Source of the DNA: Bispira polyomma | Taxonomy: Eukaryota | Direction of reading: 5' to 3' | Assembly (NCBI GenBank): GCA_965649765.1 | Contig: OZ287753.1 | Coordinates: 69,750,001-69,814,000 of the forward strand | Length of the DNA: 64,000 bases | Shown: positions 11,905 to 24,068 of the stretch, one piece after another | How positions within the stretch are numbered: position 1 is the first letter of the stretch | Layout of the letters: every line of letters starts with the position of its first letter | Notes under the pieces: generated by a model | What the model was told of the DNA's origin: nothing | The model's input: only the letters and a program-made list of their open reading frames with translations | Database searches by the model: none | Made by a program: the position numbers and the translations under genes

Positions 11905-14620
11905 ACAATGCCTTTACGTTATTGAGGTGTAATGGCTGTGTTTGGAGAGTATCAGCTTGTGGTTCTAACGGTTAACCGCAGCGTGGTACCTGATGCTGTT
12001 TATGCTGGACATGCCTTGGTGCCAGGTACGTTCCAGTTTACACTTAAGGTGTTTGGCAGCCAGGACTTCCTTGTTCATGAAACCAGTATCAGGGAATTTT
12101 CTTTTGTTTGCTGGTGCGTGGTCTCTAAGAGTATTAAAGTACTGATGACTGAGGAGATTGGCAGTTTTATGTGGACACTTTATGTCAGCCTTAAAATCCT
12201 GAGCATTTATTTTGTTTAGATTTGGCATTTATATATATCTGTAGTTACATGGAACTCTGACGGGGAAATCTATATTTAGAAGAGATAGGTTTTAAGTTTT
12301 CTCCTAAATCCAGAAAGTCTTTCAAGCAGTCTAAGCTTAACTGGAAGGCTGTTTGATAACATAGGGGCGGCGACCGAGAAGGCTTTGGATCAAACCCTCT
12401 TGGTGGGTTTTTAGAGGAAACAGAGAGTATTTTTCCCCTTATAAGGCTGCTGAAGGAGAGTTTAGTAGTGAGGTAGTGAGGCTGTTGAGAGACAACAGCT
12501 TCAAAGATTGTTACGTGCATTTTAAAAAGGATTCGATAGTAAATAGGAAGCCAGTGGAGTTTCTTGAGGTATTGAGTGACATCAGTACGGATTCCCAAAT
12601 GAAAGATGACTCTACATAGATAGTTTTGAATGGACTGCAACTTGTATATGTGGGACTTATTCGCTCCATACAGAAGAGAATTACAGTAGTCAAGGCGGCT
12701 ACTTACAAGAGCGTTGGCCACAGTGATAGCAGTATCTAGTGACAGATAATTTTTTATTCTTTTGAGGTCCCGAATGTGATAGTAACAGAAGCGGATGTTG
12801 TAATTATGTGGAAGAAATGAAAAGGCAGGGTTGATAGTGACACTTAGGTTTTTGACCTGGTCTGAAGGTTGAATCGCATTGCCCAGCAGTGTGATTGGAA
12901 AAAGTGATCTTAAGTATTCACTGTGTTTCTTGTTGCCAATAAGGATGAATTCAGTTTTGTCTGGGTTTATTTCAGTTAAGAGTAGTTCATCCATGCCTAA
13001 ACTGAGGAGAGACTGTCAGCAAGTAAAACCAGGTTGTTTCCTGCATTGTGAGGGTTAAAAGAGAGATTTGAGTGTCATCAGCATACATGTGATGTTTAAC
13101 ATTGTGATTATTGATGACTGCACTGAGAGGATGCGTGGAGAGGGCAAAAAGTAGAGGGTAGAGAGCCGACCCCTGGAGTACTCCAAAAGGTAGGTTAAAA
13201 GAGGATGAAAAGTGGTCGCCCAATTTGATTTTTTGGGTTCTAAGAGCAAGGTACGATTTAATCCAATCAAGGACAGTGCCATTAAGACCAAACCACTGTT
13301 TTAGGGTGTCAAAGAGTAAGCCATGGTCGATGGTATCAAAAGCTGCGGAGAGATCGAGAGGGGTGAGGGCTACAGTTTCATCATGATCCAAGGCAATGTT
13401 AATGTCATTTTTGGGGTTCCAAGAGCAAGGTACGATTTAATCCAATCAAGGACGGTACCATTAAGACCAAACCACTGTTTTAGGATGACCTGTTTTTTTC
13501 AGCAAGGGGGCGACATATGCGGTTTTGAAACAAGAGGGAAATGTACCATCTTTAAAAACTTTGGAGTGATAGGAGTTATAAGAATGTCTAGACATTTTGT
13601 GAGAACAGCAGCACGGATAGGATCCAGTTCACAGGATTTGATACATTTGATTTTATGAGTTTGAGAACATCGTTCTCGGAAAGTGGGTTAAAATGTAGCA
13701 GATTTGAAACTTTATAACCAGGGGATGGTGGAGAGAACTGTAGCATTGTTGAAAAAAATTCTCAAATTTTAGTTGTTTTTTCAATAAAAAAGATTTCTGC
13801 CAGAAATGTGAGGCAATTGTTTTCAGACAGAACTTTTTGAGCTGTGTGGTGGAGTATTTTATTTATGGAGCTCCATAACCTTTTTGGTGAGTTTGAATTC
13901 TTATTGATGATCGAATCATAGTGCTCTTTTTTGGCTCTGGTCATAAGTGCTTTGAAGTGGTTTGTGACGATTCTGTAGCACTTCCTGTCAAGTGATGATT
14001 TAGTGCGCCGCCATAGCCGCTCAAGTTGACGTTTACGCCTTTTAGCTTCCTTGATGTCTGGGTTGGTCCATTCATGGGGGGTCAGAAAGTGGGAGGGTTT
14101 TAGAAACTCAAGGAGCATGACTGTTAAGGATTGAGGACAAAGTGTGGTTATATTGTAGACTGAGACTATCTGCATATTTACAAGGGTGTTTAATGAGGCA
14201 AAAAGCAAGTATGTCATCTCAAATTTGAGATGTTAATTTTCCTGATGTTGTGGAATTTTATACCTTAGGTTTGTGTGACAGTGGTTTAGGCAGCACGAGA
14301 TGTGCAAAAATGGCAAGATGGTCAGACACCCTGTCAGTAACCCATACATCACGTATCAGCTTGGACCCTGGTCAAGCAATGATCAGGTCGACCATATGAT
14401 TATGGAGATGAGTGGGACAGGAAATAAACTGTTTGAATTAAAAAATATTCAAGAGGCTGTAGAAATCTTTGGTTGTCATGTTATTGATGTCGACCTTGAT
14501 GTTGAAGTCACCAAGTACAATAGATTCCAACGGGAGGAGGTTACTGGATTCAAGGAAACCAGAAAAGTCTTGATTGAAGGCAGATATAGAAGGGCTAGGT
14601 GTACGATCGAGGGAGGATAA
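11905..14620 (-). mobile_element. L2/CR1-group LINE, fragmented, probably more than one copy
   Basis: LDLSAAFDTIDH, FGVLQGSAL, HHMYADDTQI, INPDKTEFILIG, SRLDYCNSLL and LHWLPI; endonuclease remnant at ~14300-14610. Confidence 0.9.
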
Positions 14621-15099
14621 GGTCCATATTTCATGTTACACTTTTTAACAACTTTCTGTCTGAAATATTGCATAAACAGAGGCTAAAACTTGATAAATAC
14701 TACAGTTTTCATACACACATTCACGGGTTCATTGTATCACCCGGCCTGTATCAGCCACATATACGTCATACTTACGTCACAGTGGATAATAAATAATATT
14801 ATTACCTCCTAACATGTTTATATACAGGTTCATACAAAATTAAACTGTTTTGCGCATACATGTTAACATGCATATTAACATTGGGGTTATAAGTTTCACT
14901 TCACTTGCACACCATTGAATATAGAATATAGTTTACTGTTCATTTAAAGCCCTATATTTACACTCAATGGAGGAAAGCAGTGAGACGCACATGAAGGTTA
15001 CCATATACCACAGACAGTCGTTACTAACATCTTATCTGTAATACCGGTCATGTTGAAACACAACTACTTATACGTTTGCACATCAAGACCCAATAAGGG

Positions 15100-16190
15100 T
15101 CTGATAGTTCAGTTCCTAATAACCCCCCTTTTATTTTAACCCTACCATAATTAAGCTAGGTATACTCTCTTCTATCTCTCTCATTATAGGAACCAATTAG
15201 AGGGCTCCCCTGTTTTACTTAATAGATTTCCTGCTTATTTCTACCATATTGAATTAAGTTATTCAGCGGTAAACAACAAGTAATTTTAAACATTAGAATT
15301 TAGTTGGGTGTATTTTATAGTGTATATTTATGAGGAGGACAAAGAAGACACCACTGAGTGTGCCAGGTATAGGGAAAAAGTGTGCATCTACCAGGAAACA
15401 GACTGTGAAATCAGGTACTTCAACTAGTGTTTCGGACCCCCTGGCTGTTAATTTACAAGGTCTTCTTATTGATACAGCAGCAACTCACCCCAACCCGGAT
15501 GCTACCCACTCCGGACTCAAGGATGTCATGACTATCTTACAGAGGTTGGAGTCGGCCAACTCGCATATTAATAAACTTCTTGACAGAGTCTTACAGTTCC
15601 ACCCTTTAGGATCTCCATCGGCCCAAAGTGGACGTCCTGAAATCACTTCCAGACGAAACTGCGGCGGTTAACCAGTGTCTTGCTAGTTATAACGCCCACC
15701 TGAGGATGGAACTTACCCAAGGTAAGGCACTCACACGCCAAAAGTCCGGCCGTTATAATACAACAGACATTGCTAACACGGACCTCCAACTCAGATAGCC
15801 TAACGAGAGCTGCAGTGGGGTATCCAGTAGGAAAAGATCCACATTCAACAACATGACATTGCCCCTATGGGCAGCCGGTAAACTATACAACATCTCGCAA
15901 GATCAGACGCTACCAAGGCAGATGCATGAGCAAGTAATCAGTTCATTAAAGGACGCTTCCTCATTCCCATGGCAAGCAGTTAGGGCTGATGAGTGGCCAA
16001 CATGCAAGAGGTGGAGGAGGGGCGCCTTCATTGGAGGGATGCCACCCAATAGGCACTAACGCGCATGAGTGTTTCACACTTAACAGTGATGAACAGTCAG
16101 CATACGCAACCAGGGGCATTTACACAGAAGGGCAAGCTGCTATGTAAATATCATACTCTAGGCAAGTGCCACCAAGAAGACACATATGCT
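15100..16190 (+). mobile_element. Ngaro/DIRS-type gag remnant (5' part of element)
   Basis: GKKC motif, then QGKALTRQKSGR..PN..STFNNMTLPLWAAG..LKDASSFPWQAVRA, similar to the gag at 58257-59177. Confidence 0.65.
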
Positions 16191-16199
16191 CTTATTGCC

Positions 16200-17160
16200 A
16201 CATAGTGCTCAACAGCAATGATGCCGATGATGCCCTTTTTGACTTCAATCTACAATGAGAGCTGTTACCTGCTGTACAACATGATTCAGTTTCTAGATCT
16301 CTTAACCTGGCGTCAACCTGCCTCTGTTTCTCTTTTGACCCTCTGAGGTGGGACAAGGTGGGCAAACTTTCATCATCATCCTCTGACAAATCACTATCAC
16401 TACTTGATTGTTTACTAGTGCTGTCTGGACTGACTTTTGCTCTTTTACTTGAACAGTAATGTCTACTGAACTTTTTTTTGTCCATTATTCTGGGTTTTGT
16501 GGTTTCCTTGTGTCTGCTACCAGCCACTTGCTCCTAAAATTAGTCCAATCTACTGCTGACCTTCTCCAACGCCTGTACTATCTGCACTTGTAAGTCTGGT
16601 TCCTCTTGAAATGAAATAGTACATTTGTTATAGCGCACTTATAGAATACAGGGTCCTTTCAAATGCGCTTTCTCATGGGCAGCCACTATGGGCGCTGAGA
16701 TGACCATTTATGAAATAGTACATTTGTTATAGTGCACTTATAGAACACAGCATCCTTTCAAATGTGCTTCCTCATTGGCAGCCACTATGGGCGCCAAGGT
16801 GCTTGAGGATGACCATTTATCAACGTCCCCAAGGATCTTTAATCTGTCACTGGAGATATTACCCTAACCACTAGACCACGGGGGTTCCTCTTCCGACGAC
16901 GCCCCGGGCGCCTCAGAATCCTTCTGCATCGTCCTCCTCTAACTGCTATTATTTCTTTCCCGTGGGTGGGAAATGCCTTTATAAGCACTTTTTACACAAT
17001 GATTTATTCTTTTTAGGCATTTTATATTTTCTGAAATGAAATACACGAAGCTCTCCTCACAGCACTGCTTATATAAAATCAAGCTTGATATGGGGTGTTG
17101 ACAATTTTGAATCAAAAATATAGGTTAGACCATCTCTTTTAGGCGCCCATAACAGGCCAA
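16200..17160 (-). mobile_element. Second Ngaro/DIRS-type gag remnant
   Basis: Minus strand MPKKNKSLCKKCL*RHFPPTGKK (~17020) and LPTLSHLRGSKEKQRQVDARLRDLE..RLKSKR match CSACRGKHERPVGKKC and VPSLDFLRSNENLQSQVDQRL..KIKSQR of the 58-kb element. Confidence 0.75.
16611..16820 (-). repeat. Tandem duplication (~99 bp x2) of an L2-tail-like SINE/LINE 3' end, inserted in the gag remnant
   Basis: atgaaatagtacatttgttatag(c/t)gcacttatagaa..cagccactatgggcgc at 16611 and 16710. Confidence 0.7.
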
Positions 17161-20100
17161 ATCAAACGTGAGGTTGTCAAAGCACTGCTAGTCCACTGCA
17201 CAAGTCTGTATATTGTTCGCATTTCACATATGTACTCCTGTGTGTTAAAGGCCAGTTCCTTAGTTTAAAATCACTAAAACAGATGTAAAATATTCACATA
17301 AAAAGAAAACACAACAAAATGACTTATTTTCCCTCCTTTTAAATTTCAATGTTCATAGTTTGGAGGGAAAATTTAAAGTACGCTATGTTAAGCAATTATA
17401 CTAAGTGAGGGAAGCTTAGCCAATGAAATTGGTTGTGTAACATTTCTTGTCATGGTAACCAGAGGGAATTCCGTGACCTCATATTATTTTTACCTGTTAG
17501 CTTTTAAGCTGGTATCTTAAGTAATCACTTTAAGGTAGTATTAGGACTGACCCCCGTGATGCCTTAACACCACATAAGAATATCCCCCCCCTCCCCCCCC
17601 CCCCCCCAATCGAATTTTTGTAAGGAAAAGGGGTCCTTTCACAAAGTACAGAAAATAAAAACTTTCATAGTCACATATTTCAATCATAATAACTTTCCAT
17701 CGGCACCGAAGAGGTCTCCATAAGTCGTGTTTTGCCCCACAAAATGTACTAAATAGAAATAACAGGCTTTCATATGTTGAAGTTTATGCAAATTTTTGCA
17801 TGTACCATAATCTAAAACTGTCAGCAACTCACGCGGTTTGTAAATGACACTGTCTGGTACCTTTCGGGTATAAAAAGTTCAAAACGATTAGATAATGGTA
17901 ATTTGAAATTTTTTTCGTGAGCTTTCTTTTGATGGTGTGGTAAACATCTTTGTATTTCATTTACAAAAAACACCTCAAATTGTTACCCTCAATGTACTTA
18001 AGAGACATAGCTAGACCAATTTATATACATTTAAATTTATGTAAATTTTCCAAGCACAATAACGTAAGCTGTCAACAACTTAAATATGTTTAAGGATGGA
18101 ATCCCCTAAAACTTTTTGTCTGCTCTTGATGACAAATTTCAAATTTTAGGCTCTTTCCCTTTTGTCTGATATCAAAGTCAATTACTGTACATAGGAATAT
18201 TTCCCTTTTCCCTAAGATCCCACGGCATTGTTGACCTTTGCTTACTAGTAGCTATTTTAAAGTCTGGTGACCTCTCCCACACAACACTTTTTGAGCCATT
18301 TGCTTAAGTGTCTTCTATTCCTTTCTCAGACTGGTCGGCACAGTTCCTAATTCTTCCTCCACCTTTAACCCTTCCATCCACTTGGGCCACTGGGGGACTT
18401 TATTCTGGCCAACACTGGTAGCCACATTATTGTTAAACAAACAAAACCTCAACAATAAACAGTTTGCTCTGTGGAGGCCCTCCTGGCCATTACCCACAAT
18501 TACCCCTTCTTCTCCCCAGTGCTACACTGTTCTAAATCCTGGATCCCCTCATGTTTGTTTCACATAATGTGAGGTAATTTCCTGTATGCACAAGAATAAG
18601 TACAATTTTTTTAATTTATGTAAAATATTAACAATAATGCAGAATGACCTACTGTTCAATTACTTAAATAGTTCAGATGGGGGAAAAAAATCAAATTTAT
18701 TGTCTCTGTGGCTGGAACATCACATGGCACATTGCAATCGATTTTGGAAGGTACCTCCTGATTCTCCTAAGGTCTCTGAGGTCCATGAAGCATGAGTACA
18801 GTCGTTTGTGGCGTACGCTTAGTATCCACTAGTTAACAGTACAGCATCAACTATTTCAAGATAAAGCGCTACAGCCCTGTAGACTTGTAATATCCACACC
18901 TAGTATACAAAAGCTGCACAATATCATTTTGACAATCTACATTTGATTTATAAGTGTTATCTAAAAATGTGAACAGTGTAAACCACACACCATACTGGGC
19001 CTCCAAATGTGCTAGACATTTCACGCAGTGAAACACATGAATCACTCTCATTTGAGATACCAGATAAAGGTAAATAAATGCACAATGACACATTTTCTGA
19101 ATTCAAATTGTCTGCCTTCTTTTTAATGGTTGGTTTGTGTCCTCTTTTACCCACTGCGGCCTGTATTATCCAGAGTCTAAACAGTAAATTTATGACTGGC
19201 CAAGTTGGCCTACTTTTCATTTAGTTAATAATTGTTAATAACTAGACTATACCTTGATATTTGAGTATTGCGCACTGGTTATTACTTAATGCATCTCTTA
19301 TATTATTTCATTATAATAATTGTTATAAACCATTTCTGAATAATTGCTTGGCAATGACTGGGAAGGAACCTATTCGCTTTAGTGTAAAATCTTAAGAATC
19401 TTGCATGTCTATCAAGATTTTAATCATGTGTATTGGGAACTTATTTCTTATAATAGAATGAACTTCTAAAGACTTGACATTGTTTCCGAAGAATTTTGTA
19501 ATGCACTTGTATAAATGAGCCTTTACATTGTTGCTCCTCTCTATAGTTAATATATGTATGAATGTTAGAAAGAATATCAGCAATTGGTGATATAATAGTA
19601 AAACATTGTATTTCACAGTATAAATGTGTGCTGTATATAAAATCGGTAGTTCAAAGAATAATATATGATACCTCAAGTCGTCTTGTTACAGACTGTGTTG
19701 GAAAGTGAAGTACTTCAACATAATATAACTGCAGACACCACAAGCCGCTTAACATAATGTATTATAAACATTTGTGAGAATTGACATCAATGTTATTTCA
19801 GGTTCAGAAAAAAAAGTTATTAAGACGGGGAAAATATGTGAAAATTCAAACTTGAGTTCTTAATTTGTATCATTTGTTGGGCTGTGTTAAAGTCTACAAT
19901 GAAAAAAAAAATCATGCTATTTTTTGTATCGGTTTGTCAAAACACAACATACTTTAAATTTTTGGTAAAGTGTTGTGAAACTTAACATCTGTTGTGTGGG
20001 CATCAACAGTGGGCCCTGTAAATAGAAACCTCCGTTATAATGCCAACCAACGAACGTGTAGCGACAAATCTATGAGACAGTTACTAAAATGGAAAGCATT

Positions 20101-21246
20101 GGTTAGCTTTTCGTTATTTCAGCCCAAAGGTTTAACTGGTGTGGTTCTATAACATCATAGAGTGTGGTTATGATATACATGTAGAAAGGATGCCCTTTTT
20201 GACAAGCATCAAACTTTTAAATGTCTTAAATAATACAAGGTTATTGATCCATCTAGTACAACAAGAAGTTAAGTGTATGGTATATCTGGAACTTTCAAAA
20301 ATACGTAAAACACACTGTACTCCTGTACATCTCCCAACAAATCCTATGACAAATATCATGACATATGTGTACGAGTGCATTGGCAAATAAAGAAAGGGAC
20401 CAATATCATTTATATTGATTTAGCTAAATTGGACAGAGAAGCGAAAATTATTGCACAATTACAATTTCCTTGCTTTTTAGAGATATGCACTATTGTATTC
20501 ATTGATTTATTGGTGAATATATGGTCTAACTAACACCTAACGACAGGGTTTGAGTTGTCGTTCAATTTTGAGGGTTTTACGAACAAAATTAACCAACAGT
20601 TAACTAACTGAGGCCTCCATTTACACAAAACTTTGCAAATAAAGCCTTAACCAAGACCCAACGAAATTGTTTGCGTAACGAAGGCTTCAATTTACAGGCG
20701 CCATGTGTTTCAACAAGGCGACCCTAGTGTTTCTTACGGGAGTGTATTTTACCCCTTTTCAGTAAAATTAAAGACCTGTGTGATCTCTGTATTACTGTAT
20801 GACACCTCTATTCAGTAGAAACTAACACTTTGCATCAAATCTGAATAAGTAGATAAGTAGATTTTTCCAAACTAGTCTTACCATATCCCAAATAGCCTGA
20901 ATGTCACTGCAGACAGTGAGCATGTACAAAAATACTGATTTGTGAACTCGGCAACAAATGTATTATAAAATAGTAATTCTAGATTCCAATTTATTAACAC
21001 AATCAAATCAAAGATACGTCATGGAAGCCTTGTGTTTACTTAATGCGTGTGTAAAAGTTGAAAGATACATCTTGCTCCCTAGTCTTTAAATAACTGGAAA
21101 TCTTTTTACTGAAAAACAGTTGTTGTGAGGGCCATTTTCGTTTTCAGTCATATTATGTACCACATTTGTATACTAGGTGAATTTGATTGCTATCCGCTGT
21201 GGCTGCTGCCGATTGATACGAGTATTCAAAATCCGCATACTATATA

Positions 21247-21477
21247 CAGGGGTGGACAGCTTAGAGGACGGTGGACAGCTTAGTGGACATTAACTTAAAA
21301 TGTACACAGTTTATCCATTTAACCAGTAATCGGACCCATTTTGGATGCAAAGTCTGTATTTGAAATTAGTGGGTTAAGTACTTTTTATTTTACAGATGGA
21401 TTTTTAAATGCAACAAATTTTATGTTTTAAGTCACTCTCCGCTATCGCTGTCCCATCCGCTAAGCTGTATACCCCTG
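21247..21477. mobile_element. Tc1/mariner (pogo/Tigger-like) MITE
   Basis: TA|caggggtggacagcttag ... ctaagctgtatacccctg|TA. Confidence 0.75.
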
Positions 21478-22401
21478 TAACCCGCCACTCCGCTTTGGTT
21501 TGTAGCCAATTCAATCAAGTAAACAGTGACTTTTGGTTATATTCAATGAGAGCTGTGGGTAGCAATCAACATTAGCCACTCTTTCTTGTGAATCTAACAG
21601 TTCCCTATCCTTGATTGGGAGAGGTAATACTAACTACTATAAAGTCATGTGACTTCACTGGAATGTGGTTGCAACCCTGCCTTACATAGCAACTCTAAAA
21701 TGTTTCCCACTCTTATACAAGGTTGAGGGCTTGAGTCATGTGTGAAGGACAAGAAAAACAAATAAACCACATTTTAAAATTGTCTATACTTGTACAGAGC
21801 AACAGAAAGCATTTTGTTGTAATGCATGGAGTACCATTCAATAGTAGAAGTCTCTGACTTTTGTTGTACATGTAGATTTAGACAGTTCATGTTCAGTTTC
21901 AATAAGTCCTAAAGTTCCTTAGCTTAATTGTTACTTTAGCAGTGTCAAAGATCAAAATCAATTGAGGTTCAATAGAATTAATTTGTATAACTACTAAGAA
22001 TAGTAAACTTCTATTAATCATGCTGATGTCTTCTCTAATAGAACACATAGTAATTTATGCTCACAAAATCATCTCTTGCTGACCAGATAAATTTAATTAA
22101 GTAGTGAGCATGAGCTCATCTCAAACCCCAAAAATTATTTTATGATCATGACTTGACAAGAAAATAGGTCACAAGTATAAAATGGGGAAAAGTTTATTGA
22201 TGTCCGAACAGGGGTTCCGTACTTTTAAGAACAAACATTGCAGATTTATTTTTTGAAATGATCCCTTCAACAAACCACTTTTGTGGGAAACGTCTATTTG
22301 GAGAATGAGTGTTGTAAGAAAGCTTGACAAGTGTGGACGTCTAGTTTTGTTTCGGTGACTTATTTTGTGTTTGGTGTGTACATTATATTCATATTTTCTT
22401 A

Positions 22402-22773
22402 TTGACCGAATTTTCTGTCTCTCGGCAATGCTTTAATTTACTGACGCACGCATAACTAGGGAATAGTTGCTTACTATACCAAATCATTGTAGCTCTGACA
22501 CGGCAGTTTACTATATACAATATAATGGGAAATATACGTCAATATTTTAAAATAATTATATCAAATTAATCAAGTAATTTTAGGTTGCCCATAGATTATA
22601 ATATTGCGTAGGCTATTATATTAATCAATATATAACCACAGACTAAATAGAAAGACGATATAAGGTGCCGTTAAACATTTACAATGATTTGGTATAGTAA
22701 AGAGCTCTGTCCCTCACTATATGCGTATCTCAGTGAATCAAAGCATTGCCGAGGGACAAAAAAACTCGGTCTA
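22402..22773. mobile_element. Non-autonomous Mutator-like element
   Basis: ~100-bp imperfect TIRs (gaccgaattttctgtctctcggcaatgcttt / aaagcattgccgagggacaaaaaaactcggtc) and a 9-bp TSD attttctta (22393-22401 and 22774-22782). Confidence 0.75.
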
Positions 22774-23980
22774 ATTTTCTTATATCTTCTACCTTCAGTG
22801 GTTTGTAAATAAGATTTATAGATTCGCCTTTACTATTCTTCAAAATAATAACAAATTATAAATACTTTAGTTGTGTAAGCCTTTGAAGACAAAACATATC
22901 ATCGAATCACTGTAGTACTCTGTTTAGGAATACACATATTGTTTTTGATAACTTCTGTAAAGCAAAACTAGTACATTGTTGTAGTTAATATATTTTTAAT
23001 AAATATGTGTATATCATTCTACACAAATGTTGTACTTTTAATATGAATTTAGAAATAGTGATAATTAAATAAAGCAGTAAACAGTTTTGTGTGGCGTCTT
23101 CTAAAGCACCACATCGCTGAGAGCAAGGTGAAAGGGATAGTCCTACTTTAGCAATGGTTTGTTCATATCTTGCCTTTTGACCAGGTCACACCTACACGTG
23201 CTAGCATCCCCCAACGTGGCAAAACTATAAAAACTGAAAACATGGTAGTTGCGTGTCAAAGTGATGTCATTGCCATAAATCGATTGTGACATTTTTGTGA
23301 CAATGTTGGTACTTATACACACAAAGCGGGGGCAAAAATCGATCACTTTACTGGTAGGATATCCCTACCTACTACTACGTAGATCTACTGTATGCTACTT
23401 ACGGCGATGTTCTGTTGCGTTCTGCAACTAAGTGAAATGTTTTTTTTACTAATACAGACGAGTGAAGACGATATCACTACTTTCTGCTACGTTTTGCTAT
23501 GTTATGTTACGTAGTGCTACTTATACAGACGAGTGGAGATGTTCTCGAGAAACGGAGAGCTCTGCCACAAATATTTTGAACAGTTTGAAACAATTGTGGC
23601 AGCGGACCAAACGGAAACATTTCTGAAATGATATAATCTGTCAAGCAACGTCACGGAACTCACTCAACAGGAATCCTTACTTTGGCATTAATGTCTACTA
23701 CGTTTCAAAACTGTTAAAAACCTCATATACACATAGCTTTAGCTTTCTCGATAAATTGACCACTTCAAATATTCTGTTTAGCACAAACTTTATATAAAAA
23801 AATTGTGAACACTTTGTTCTGAACAGAGGCGCTCCAATCTAATTGTCTATTTGTCTTAGCTTTACATATTATCACTACCTGAACAAAATTGTATTTGCTT
23901 GAACCTTAAAAATGTAGTAAATTGTGCTCATTGAACACAAACACAGTTAATCAAATAAGTGGATGTTTTGGTTTCAGATT

Positions 23981-24068
23981 ATGACTTCTCTTCTCACCAT
24001 CATTGTTTTGTGTCTCTCTGCAAATGGACTAGCAAGGACTTTGATGGCCGATGAGGAGCTACAAAGAG
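23981..24068 (+). CDS. Coding exon 1: signal peptide and start of propeptide
   Basis: Acceptor gtttcag ends at 23977 (implies an upstream UTR exon); ATG at 23981; hydrophobic LLTIIVLCL then GLA|R; donor G|gtaaaa, phase 1. Confidence 0.85.
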
